Assembly (NCBI GenBank): GCA_038496445.1
Contig: JALMLS010000438.1
Location: 1 to 64,000 of the forward strand
Reading direction: 5' to 3'
DNA length: 64,000 nucleotides
Origin: Trichosphaerium sp. ATCC 40318
Taxonomy: Eukaryota; Protista; Tubulinea
In this document: in pieces, positions 1-10,419 of the stretch
Layout of the letters: every line of letters starts with the position of its first letter
How positions within the stretch are numbered: position 1 is the first letter of the stretch
The notes under the pieces: generated by a model
Database searches by the model: none
What the model saw: only the letters and a program-made list of their open reading frames with translations
Told to the model about the DNA's origin: nothing
Made by a program: the position numbers and the translations under genes

Positions 1-7
1 AAGAAAG

Positions 8-415
8 ATGCGCCTCTCTACTATTTTTCTCTTATCTCTCGTTATCCTTTCAGTCTATGTTGCCACCAGCGAAGCAGCAGTACGCTATATAGGCTTTTAC
101 CATACAACTAACTCAAGCCTATAGTGCGGTGACTTTTGCAGTGGATGCCCTACTGTAGCCAAGAAAATGAGGTGTTGCTTTAACAAACATAGAAGACCAG
201 AAAGTTCTTTCGAGCGTTGTAGGACTCAAGAACCCCTATAATTCCAAGAGTGCTCCGTAGCCTCTGCACTTATACGGCTCCAGAAATCTTCATGTTGTAA
301 GATCAATAAAACAAACTGAGAATTCAGTTACGGCACCTTACAATGTTGATTGTAGCAAAGTTACAGGCTCGAGTTTTGTGGATTGCTTAAACTCAAACGT
401 GTTAAACTTGAGAGA
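8..415 (+). pseudogene. Degraded inverted copy of the 4581-4877 gene fused to a fragment of the LRR gene
   Basis: 8-335 matches the reverse complement of ~4535-4877 but has an early frameshift/stop; 344-415 matches the DCNKVTGSSFVELVKLKHVKLER codons of the LRR ORF near 5790-5860. Confidence 0.75.
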
Positions 416-1463
416 AACAAGAGCTATTATTTATCACAGCGTACTACAAGCGGAACATTGGTTGTTAGCAGACGTGTACTGTTTCGTTGGAAAGACGCAA
501 GTTTCAGTATTGTGGTCACAGAAACTTTTTTTGGACTTGAGGATCTTCTTATCTTAACCTATGTAAAGTACCCATAAGGATATACACTAGTGGAGAATTT
601 GCATATTAGTACAAGGGCTACCTATGTTCAAGAACCATGGACTTGATTATCGATGATTTCAGTTTGTCATAAAGTTTCCCGTTGATAAACAAAATCGATT
701 AGCCCACCGCTTCGTTACAAAGGGGTAGAACGTCTGAATTGGTTTGTACCGATTAAGGCTAAACACGTGATCACTTGTTTATCTCTCTGCATCACAGGGA
801 GTGAATGGTTTTGATTTCAAGGCGCGGACGCTATTTCTCCTTTTTTGAAGTTGATGTGTAATTCTCCTCTTTTCAATCCATAGCAAATGACACAAAGACA
901 CTAGGTGGCATTTTTGAACTTCCTAACGTTTTTATGAACCATCAGGCATTTGGCGTGTATTGTCAATTGACACGCAATTTGATGTCTGTTTTCAGGTAGT
1001 TATAGCGCGAACCGTAACGTTTACTCGGTAACCACTTGTGTTGTATGACTTTATTTTCCGTAAATGTGTGCAACGTCCCATTCGCTTTATTTATTTCTAT
1101 GGCTTTTAAAATATACACCCGACGCACTTTAACGCCCGTGTCCACGGTATAAGCAACTATTTATTGTCTAGAAGTGTAATGTTATGTGTGTTGATGTCGA
1201 TAGTTGCTTACTCCACCTGCTTGCGTACTTCAGTGATGTTTGCGGGTGTGAATACGTAAAAGGCAATTATTCCTCTTACAACGAATTTGTCATGTTGTTT
1301 ATTTTGAAAAGAATACATTCCACGTTAAAACAGAGTCTAGGCGTTTTTTCCAAATACGATTGTCGGAGTTCGTAATTTCAACACTTGTAAAACAACATTG
1401 TCGCTAAGTCACATTTTTACGTCTAGTCACAAGCCCACGCCTTCCTGTGCGTTCGCCTACATA

Positions 1464-4098
1464 ATGAGAGTATTTTTAACTACTTGTGGTACGTCTACAA
1501 TAAATTTGATCTACAGCGTCACCAATTGAAAAATAGTAGCTCGTTACGGTGACTCATAGTATGAAAAAACTAGAATACCATATTTAAAGTGAGTTTAACC
1601 ATTTAATGATTTTTTTTTAGTTATGCTCGCGGTGTCGCTTTATATTGCCAATGCACAGTATGGAAACAAGGTATTTATACTAGAGATGCAGTTACAAATA
1701 TCTGCAAAAATATGCACGCCATCAGAGAGCGGTTCTCTTTATACAACAGCCGATGGCCTAGACGTAGAATGTGATGCGGAAAGAGTCCCAGTTGATCTAG
1801 GCAATTACAGTCTTGTCATAATTCCTCCACCGATCATGAGGTTGCTGGATGCTGAAGAAATAAGCTCTCTTACTAACTACGCGAATAATGGTGGCCGTTT
1901 ATGGATTATTGGCGAAAGAATCGGTGGACAAACTACAGAAGCGATGTTAGATAACCAAAACTCTATACTAGAGAGTATTAACGTCACTTCAAGATTTGCA
2001 GCATACCGTGTTGATAAGGACTGCGAGGTTCGTAGTGTTTTTTCGGATTTTTTCAAAAAAAAACTCGTCATGACGGTCTTTTATACCGATTTGTCTATTC
2101 TTGACTCTATAAATATCCTGGATATATTGTCACACTTATAACTCCTCGAAAAATCGTCGAGGAAACCAGTAGCGTTCACTTTTTTTTAATTTTTTTTTTG
2201 ACCATTTTTATTATTGTATTGTATTGACGTTTTGTTAGAGCGGATACTTTGTACCAAATGATTATATGCTATTCAGTAATGCTTCCACAACATCACCTCT
2301 CCGTACTATAGGACCTGGAAACATAACAGTAGCAGAACCTGGTAAAATAATTGCTGAAGCTAATGCTACAGGCATTGTTTTAATAGCAGCTGAGCGTAAG
2401 TCTTTTTTTTTTTCCTTTTTTTTGTGGGATATCACGTTCGCTTAGTAACTTTTTGTTTAACAGGTAACATCGTGTTATTTTCAGATTTATTTCTTGTGGC
2501 ATCTGGGTTTGATTCTGGTACTTGTGCTGTAACATTCAGAACAAATGGAGCTTTATTAAACCCAATTGTTATTGAGATTGTTAATTCACCTATCCTCCCT
2601 CCAACTACAATGTCACCTACAACGTCATCTCCAACGCCAATACCAACGACACAATCTCCAACACCTATACCAACAACACAATCTCCAACGCCTATACCAA
2701 CAACACAAGCTCCAACGGCAAGTCCTGGGGTTTGTACAATATGTGGATGTATTCCACCTCAACCTTTGTTCACTTGTGAAAATGGTACTTGGACGAAAAA
2801 TGGAAGTGTAGTTGGGAGCATGAATATATTGGCTGTACCGATTATAATTGTTGGTGCGTGCAGTTTTATTTATCATTTAGTATTATTTTAATACTCTAAA
2901 TATTCCTACTTGCAATTTCTCCGAAGAGAAAAGAAACGTTACTTGCTTTGAGTCACAAGTATTGTTTTCTTTTTTCTTTTTTTGTCATTTTTTTTTTGCG
3001 TTCGTTGCATCGCTATTAAAATACACTGTTTGTTCAGTTGTTTATTTATTACTTGTAAAATACTTTGGTTAGGGTGCAATGTTTTTCTTATTAGTATCTT
3101 GGTATTTGTGGCAGCCCAAAACTGACTTTTTTGACAAGGTGATGTATTTGTTGGAGCAAATGAGACTATTACATTTGGTCGTGATAATTCTTTGTTAATA
3201 GACGGTTGTATAACCTTAATGGGTAATATAAATATTACCTTAAATAGCACAGAAATTGAGGATATAAAATTAAAGTACGTAACTTGCGACAACGAAACAC
3301 CAGAACACTTTTTATCTTTGTTCAAAAAAGTAAAAAAAAACTTGAATCTAACAACAAAATCTAGTGGTGGTAGCTTTCAACTGTTAAAGTCTACATGTAA
3401 CGTAAGTGTTACAGATGCATCTTTTACAGTACCATCTGATAAAGATTGCTATAATATTACACCACAGCCTGGTATTAGACCTTTTGGTGATTCTGGACAA
3501 TCTGTTTGGGTTTCGTTTAGCATAAACACTAATGACTGCAATAGTGGCTTTGTACGTGTTTTAACAACTACCTTGAGTTTAAAAACACGAATTTAAATTT
3601 GAACTTTGTTTGCTTTTATTGGCTAGGCGTGTCACGTGATTTAAAAAAAAACGTTGTTAAGCCAAAAAAGTTTTTTGTGTTAGTTACGTTCGTTCTAGTT
3701 CTTACTGATTGTTTTAGAGCATGACATGGATAATAGCTATTACTTGTTCTGCTAGTGCATTCTTAATAGTAGTTATCATACTATTGGTGATATTCTTTGT
3801 ACCTCCAATAAGGTACAAGCCACAATAGCACTCTTTTTTTTCTTTTTTTTCCAAAATGTCTCTTTGTTTGATCAAGTACTAATCAAACTGATAATTAGTG
3901 TTCGTGTTCTTCCTTATAAAAGACAAATACATAAAATACGAAAGAGAGGTAAACAAGCATCTAAAGTCAATTACTCGGTAAGAACGAAGAAGAACAATAT
4001 TAACAATTCTTTGTTCTTTATCCAATACGAAATACTAACACTTTTCTTTCCAGACTTCAACAAACTCACTCCATTCTCTAAATAGCCAAACAATGTAA
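1464..4098 (+). CDS. Multi-exon type-I membrane/cell-surface protein (signal peptide, Thr/Pro linker, Cys-containing domain, C-terminal TM)
   Basis: ATG 1464 with GTACGT intron to 1620; ORF pieces 1623-2141, 2424-2891, 3192-3596; PTPIPTTQS repeats; TM WIIAITCSASAFLIVVIILLVIFFV near 3725-3800, then a basic tail. Confidence 0.7.
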
Positions 4099-4580
4099 GC
4101 TTGAAATAAAGTAATTTTTTCAAACAACAACTACGTTTGTGAGTTTCCCTTGATAGTTCTATTACACCAAGCCAGCATTTTGGTTTTTACCCACTACCTC
4201 AATAAATAGTTATGTACTCCACCTAGAATAAGTGACTGATTTGCGATAAGTACTGCAATCTCAATTCTTCAGTGGTCACCATTGAACTGTTGATTCATGC
4301 AACTGTGTGCTGAGAGCACGTTAAACTTAACAGGAGAATGTGGTGGCATTACAACACCAACAAAATCTCATTTTTTAAACGGTTAGCTGAGTACAGATTT
4401 TTTTGCTGAGTTTCTTAGCCGTCGGTTAACCGGCTACAGATTTTTATAGGGACCAGACAACGATCACTTCTATTACAAACAATGCCAAGTAGTTTCTAAA
4501 GCGGGCTATAATACACTGTGTATACCGTACAGTGCCGCAACTGAATTCTCAATCTCAACGTGAGGTTTGTTTTATTGATC

Positions 4581-4877
4581 TTACAAATGAAAGGGTTCTG
4601 GAGCCGTACACGTGCAGATTCCATGAGGGCTCTTGTTATTACTGGTAGGGTTCTTGAGCCAAACAGTTAACGAAAATTCTCTCTGGTCTTCTATATCTTC
4701 TAAAGCAACACCTATTTTTCGTGAGTATATCACGACATCCCCTGCAAAAGTAATCGCACTATGGCTTGAGTTAGTTGTATGGTAAAAGCCTATATAGCGT
4801 ACTGCTGCTGCTTCGCTGGTGGCAACATAGATAGAAAGGATAACGAGAGATAAGAGAATAATAGTAGAGAGGCGCAT
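4581..4877 (-). CDS. Small putative secreted protein (98 aa)
   Basis: Intact ORF with hydrophobic signal peptide MRLSTIILLSLVILSIYVATSEA; paralogous decayed copy at window start. Confidence 0.55.
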   Translation of the reverse strand: MRLSTIILLSLVILSIYVATSEAAAVRYIGFYHTTNSSHSAITFAGDVVIYSRKIGVALEDIEDQREFSLTVWLKNPTSNNKSPHGICTCTAPEPFHL

Positions 4878-5448
4878 CTTTGTTTGTGGTTAGTTTTGTT
4901 ATGTTCACGCCGAAAACGTATGGTGAGCCATCCCTTTTTGGGTAAACAGTAGAATGTGAGTCTCTCAAGATGCCTTAGCGTAAACCTTTTTATACATAGT
5001 TTTGTTGGTGGGCACGTGAGATTTGGAGATATTCTGTTTTTTTTAGTTTACCTTTTTATGTCGTTCGTAACTATTACACTCACAGGTTGTATTGATAGTT
5101 TCAAAGTTGTGTTTAGCCGTTTATGATCTGGTGTGCGTCGCATATAAAGTTCACAAAAAGATCAAGAAAATTGAGTCTTTAGTCTAAGGATGGGATACAG
5201 CACCCTGGCCTCAAGGTGAAGATTATTTGAGGAAAACACTTTCATCATACTTTCAGATTTCTTCCAGATTTCAAAAACTTGAAATATTTCCCCCGTTGTA
5301 AACTAATATATCTACACCTTTCAGGTTTTGCCCAAAAGTATTTCGCTTTTGGTAATTTCAAGGTACAAAGTGGTCACGCAAATTGTTACCTTTATCTTGC
5401 TAGTACTTTCATTAATCAAGATCTAGAGTCAAACTTTTGTTAATATGT

Positions 5449-6714
5449 TTATTCAAAAGGTCCTCCACGTGTAATTAAAACAATACCTAGCTTGTCAATC
5501 TCTTCTACAAATGTACTGGCACTAAAGTAACCAATCTCAAAGAATATGAGACTTTTTAAATAATGCAAAGAGCTACGTCTGATCATGCCACACTGTCCAA
5601 GTTTAAAGTACTCTAGGTTAACCAAATGCTTAAACCCTGAGCCCTTAATCCTTTTACTTGATAATGAGAGGTATTTGAGATGATTCAAGTACTTGAAGCC
5701 TGAGTCTTTTACTTTAAAGCAGTACTGAAGGCTGAGGTGATCAATATTTCCCATGAAGCTCAAACTTATGTTTTTGATCTGTTTACATCTCTCAAGTTTG
5801 ACATGTTTAAGTTTAACCAACTCCACAAAACTCGAGCCTGTAACTTTGTTACAATCAATGAGTGTTAATCGCGAAAGATTAGCCATAAACTTCAAACCAG
5901 AATCAGTAATGTCAGACTTCCAAAGTTCTAGTCGCTCAAGATTGTAAAGGTGCATTAAGCTATTGTCCGTTATATCACAGTACTCTAGCTTTAGGTACTT
6001 GGTATTTTCCACAGATATGATTGAATCCTCATTAATACGTGTAGGATAAAATTGTGAACTTTGCACGTGAATTGTGTGCACATTACCAAGGTGTTTAAGC
6101 CAATCATTGTTTATCCCAGAGAAAGCAATTTTGTGTACACCACTCAGAGCCTCTATTCCTTTAGCTGTGATATTTCTTACACTCACATATATTGATTGTA
6201 TGTACAGACTTGAGAGCTTTTATAGAAGCATCTGTGATATCTGTGCCACGCAAGTTTATAGTATGTACTGATTTCAAAGCTTGTATTGAAGCATCCGTTA
6301 TTAAAGTGTTTACCAAGCTAATACTATGGATACTGTGGCCCCCTTCTGTGAGTACAATGATATCTTCATCGTCTATTAAATTGTTATCCATTTGTATAGT
6401 GTGAACACCACAAAGGCAAGCCATATCACTCTCAGAGAGAATTGGTATCTTGGAAGTGTAAGCACTTTTGTGGCCAAAGATAATCGTAGTGTTTTAAGCA
6501 AAGGACTTCCTTTGAGAACACTGCAATCTGACAATCTTGGTATGTCAATGGTATAAAATCCAATATTACAGCGAATGATGGTATTAAACACGTGAGAAAC
6601 TGTAGTAGTGCTAATACGGTGTCTTCGTCCTAAATAGCTTAGAACATACGTCAATATCTCCGTTGGTAGGTTAAGGAGCAAATTAATATCTGATTGGGTT
6701 TGCTTGGCCATCAT
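5449..6714 (-). pseudogene. F-box/LRR protein split by two frameshifts (pseudogene or assembly errors)
   Basis: ORFs 6376-6714 (F-box LLNLPTEILTYVLSYL), 6161-6424 and 5449-6186 (LxxVHTI repeats) join without introns; one shift is an extra A in a homopolymer near 6175. Confidence 0.75.
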
Positions 6715-7139
6715 AGTAGCAACAGTATTGGGTAAGAATGCCTGGAATTTAAGATATATCCAAGAAGCATTAAGTGAAATTTCTATTTACTCTTTGACAC
6801 GTGGCACTTATTGTCCGTTGCAAGCAAGTTTGCAGATGAGAAATTAGTTTACTAATCTAGACTGATGTTATATGAGATGTTCTACACTTTTCTTGTAAAG
6901 CAAATATACGATAGTAGACCACTATGATCAATGGTAAAAATACACAGGTCAATAGCATTGAGCCAAAAGTACTTAGAATGGCACATTTTTATGCTGCAAA
7001 AATGGCCAGAACAGCCCTTTTATCTCATAAAAGAGCTCAACGCAATGAATTTAGGTCGGTCGTTTGTCAAGTAATTCTGATACAAATAACCTTTTCTGAG
7101 CTTAATTATTTCCACAGAGATGTAACAGTGAACAAATAT

Positions 7140-7898
7140 TGTTTGTTTCATTCAAGTTTTGAGACAGACTGACTTTTAGCAATAATCCAGTTTCTGCCCG
7201 ATCTGTCAGATCTGACGGATTTGACACTTCTGACAGATCTTGCAAATTGTCATTTTTTAAATGTGAGCTACCCTTATGCCTGTCGAGTGAATCCAACCAT
7301 TTCAAACCCACGTGATTTAAGAACCCATAGCAAAAATTTTATACATATTTGACGCCTGGCGGCGTTTACAAAGCCTACAGCAACGCTGGTGCTGTTTTGG
7401 GAGGTTTTAACGTTATTACAGTGCCTTGCTATTTGGATGCTACCATAGCACTTTTGTTAGCGTGGGGTAGGCGCTAGCGTAGCGCTACTAGTAAGTTATA
7501 CACGTACGTTGATTTTTTGAAGCAAAACATAAAGCAAACAGTGTTTGAGGCATTCATACAGTGTTTGGCGGTAATACGATAGCTTTGTAGGACATCATAC
7601 CTTTTTAATTCGCTATTAGCGCATTGAACACTTCTGTGGTTTGATCGTACCGTGTACAGTTTGCGTAGGTAAAATGCTGTGATCATCTTCCATGGTCTAT
7701 TGAAACTTACATTGAAAATTGTGCTATCACTTACCGTAAGGTGCCTAAGTCATACAATGAAGAACAACATTGTAACACAAATAGTTCACATTGTGATAGA
7801 TCTACACCATTTTGACAGAAGTGTCAGATCTTGCTAGATCTGCTAAAAGCGCTAAAAACTGAATTTCTAGAAAATATTAGACTTGAATGAAACAGACA
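7140..7898. mobile_element. Non-autonomous TIR DNA element (TG..CA ends, Ginger/Tdd-like), copy 1
   Basis: TIRs TGTTTGTTTCATTCAAGT / ACTTGAATGAAACAGACA; subterminal ~9-bp AGATCTGAC-like repeats; ATAT/ATAA flanks; empty site present at ~29350-29410. Confidence 0.7.
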
Positions 7899-8002
7899 AT
7901 AATAAACAATCCGATTAGAGCAGTGCTTGAAAAAAAAAAGTGAAGACAAAAGTGCCAAAACACGTGATTTATTTGAAACTACTACAGTTCTGAGTTAGAA
8001 AG

Positions 8003-8530
8003 TCACTCTACATTCATATTTGACCTTTGAGAAACTACAGCCTGAACAATATGTTGAAAAACTGCTTCAACATCTTCAGTGTTTGTAGCGCACGTGCGAA
8101 AATGTTTCATACCACCATTAGCGGAACAAAACTTTTCAGCTTCATCGACACTCACTTGTTCTTCACCAGCTAGCTCCGCTTTATTTCCAACAACGCAGAA
8201 CACCAAATTCTTCCCTCCTGCAGTGTCTAAAAACTGTTTTTTCCATTTTAGAATATTCTTGAATGTTTGGAGTTCGTTGACGTTGTACACGATAACGCAG
8301 GCATCAGATCCTCCGTAGAAGGCGACAGCGAGGGAGGTGAAACGCTCTTGACCTGCTGTATCCCAGAATTGAGCTTTTATTTCTTTGTCACCACAGATAA
8401 CTTTTTTATTATGAAAATCGGCACCAATTGTTGGTTTGTACTTGTCTTTGAAGGCGTGTTTGACGTATTGATTTAATAAGCTTGTTTTACCGACTTCAGC
8501 GTCTCCAATGACCATAATTTTAGCTGTCAT
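8003..8530 (-). CDS. Divergent intronless Rab7-like small GTPase
   Basis: GDAEVGKTS, YKPTIGADF, WDTAGQERF, AFYGGSD motifs; G4 is NKAE; no C-terminal Cys. Confidence 0.9.
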   Translation of the reverse strand: MTAKIMVIGDAEVGKTSLLNQYVKHAFKDKYKPTIGADFHNKKVICGDKEIKAQFWDTAGQERFTSLAVAFYGGSDACVIVYNVNELQTFKNILKWKKQFLDTAGGKNLVFCVVGNKAELAGEEQVSVDEAEKFCSANGGMKHFRTCATNTEDVEAVFQHIVQAVVSQRSNMNVE

Positions 8531-8745
8531 GGCGTTGCGTTGCCTGTAATGTTATTGAAAAACAAAGACCTTTTTTATTTGATGAAAAACTGTTCGTGCC
8601 ACGTGGTAACAGCTTTCATGAAAAGAAACTTATTTTGAATCAACATAGCCATTTTGGTATGTCCAACAAACAGACGGTCAAAATTTAAGTACTAGAGCGT
8701 TTTCTAACTGTTACAATTAGGCAAATACAAAAGTAGTTCGAGTCC

Positions 8746-9481
8746 TCAATAGTCTCTTGAAGGAGAATGCAACCTTGTAGTACAGTCATATTCTTTTTTC
8801 CGTAAGCCATTGACAAATATGTAATGTTTCTTTAACTGTCCATCTTTATACCAGTACTTGTATTCACCTTCAAGCTCATAATTGACATAAGTTAACTTCT
8901 CAAGCATTTGTCCATTGTTATACCACTTAATGCACTCTCCTTCAATAGCACCATCAACGTAACTATATCTCTCATACAACTGACCGTTTCTATACCATTT
9001 TTTCCACACTCCATGACGCTGTCCATGATTCCAATAGGCTTGAAGTTCACAATAAGGTGGAGGATGGATATAATTATAAAATTTCTTGAAGAAACGTATC
9101 TTCAACCATTTACCATGTTTGTTTAAGTTATTATCAAACCTTGTTGTCGTGGCTGTTTGTTTTGATAGAACTGACCATTTTACATAAACTTCAAAGTCTA
9201 AATCCATAATATCCAGCTGTAATTCAAGAGGCAGGTACAACAAGCGACAAATGTTCTGTGAGGGCTTGGTATTAGCCTAAATAAAATAAATACATTACTA
9301 ACCTATTGTGCGTACCCTTCAAGTCAAACCGTTAATAAATACTGCCAAGGCATTCGGTTTAAAATTAGTTTGGTCTATAAAACAAGCAACCAACAGCATA
9401 TTTATTTTACTGTTTGACTTGAAGGATACTCACAATAATACTTGAAAGCCTTATAACACGTACTGTGCGTTTTTTGGCCAT
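8746..9481 (-). CDS. F-box-like + MORN-variant (YwqK-like) repeat protein, 2 exons
   Basis: Exon 9464-9481 (MAKKRT), GTACGT..TAG intron 9277-9463, in-frame exon 8746-9276 with LLYLPLELQLDI and KWYxNGQL repeats. Confidence 0.8.
9304..9437. mobile_element. Short MITE-like inverted-repeat element inside an intron
   Basis: ~40-bp imperfect IR TATTGTGCGTACCCTTCAAGTCAAAC / GTTTGACTTGAAGGATACTCACAATA with TA at both ends. Confidence 0.6.
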
Positions 9482-9559
9482 TGTATTATTTAAATAATTT
9501 GGGAAGAACAATCTTGACAATTTGTGTCAGAACTTTTATCTCATTGTATCCAACGTGAT

Positions 9560-10390
9560 GGTGTATGATATCCTGTAGTAATTGGTACGTCTTTGGCTGA
9601 ATGTAGCGTATGTGTCCCTTGTTTCAGACTATGAACTATTTTCGGTGTAAAACATTGTCAGGTATTCAGAGCTAGATTATCTAAGCACGCCACTTTTAAA
9701 ACAAAATTATTTACACTCTTGTCAATAGTTTTTAAGGCTTGACGCTTGAGGACATAGTAGTCACACATATTGTGAATAACCAACTTCATGTATTATGTAT
9801 TCACTTACAGTGATGTAGTCTACAACAACTCTAAAAAAGTGTCTAATATGTTACTGTTTTAAGTGTTTTTTTAGCTCATTACACATGTTATCATTTTTGT
9901 TCCTGCCTTTTTGTAGATGTTAATGGTTGTGTTTAATAGCTTCATACGTTTCTATTGAAAAGTAACATCACAATAGCGTGCCTCAAGTGTGGGAGTTTGT
10001 TGAAGAAAAACAAGAAAATAATGTATATCAGGTGCAGGTTGAGCAACACTTGGTATTGTATGGTTGTCCAGATATAATGGACGCAGGAAAAATACCGCTT
10101 GAGAAACAGCTCAAATACATAGATTTGTGCCAAATAAAAAATATAATAGAGTTGGGATTGAAAGCAGTACACACTCATCACAGATGAGAGCATTTCAAAA
10201 ATTGGATTAGGTATGGATAATCCACTTACTGGTTGTTATGGTATCACCAGATCGTGTATGAAAGTGTTGTTGGTGTAGAAACAATTGATTTTCACAAGTG
10301 TAACAGAAGAATCCACTGCTAGCAAAGTAAAATTGATAAGATGTACAATATTACAGAAAAAAGTATAAAGGCAGACGTGTGAAAGTATGT
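9560..10390 (+). pseudogene. Decayed LRR-family remnant
   Basis: Fragments such as IDLCQIKNIIELGLKAVHT and ITDESISKL resemble repeats of the 46444-47811 gene; many stops. Confidence 0.5.
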
Positions 10391-10419
10391 CTTTTACTAA
10401 AAACGGGATTTTACACTGA

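Noticed and set aside
5449-6714. Programmed frameshifting in the F-box/LRR gene (and at 61921)
   Set aside because: No slippery heptamer with a downstream structure; decay or indel errors are simpler.
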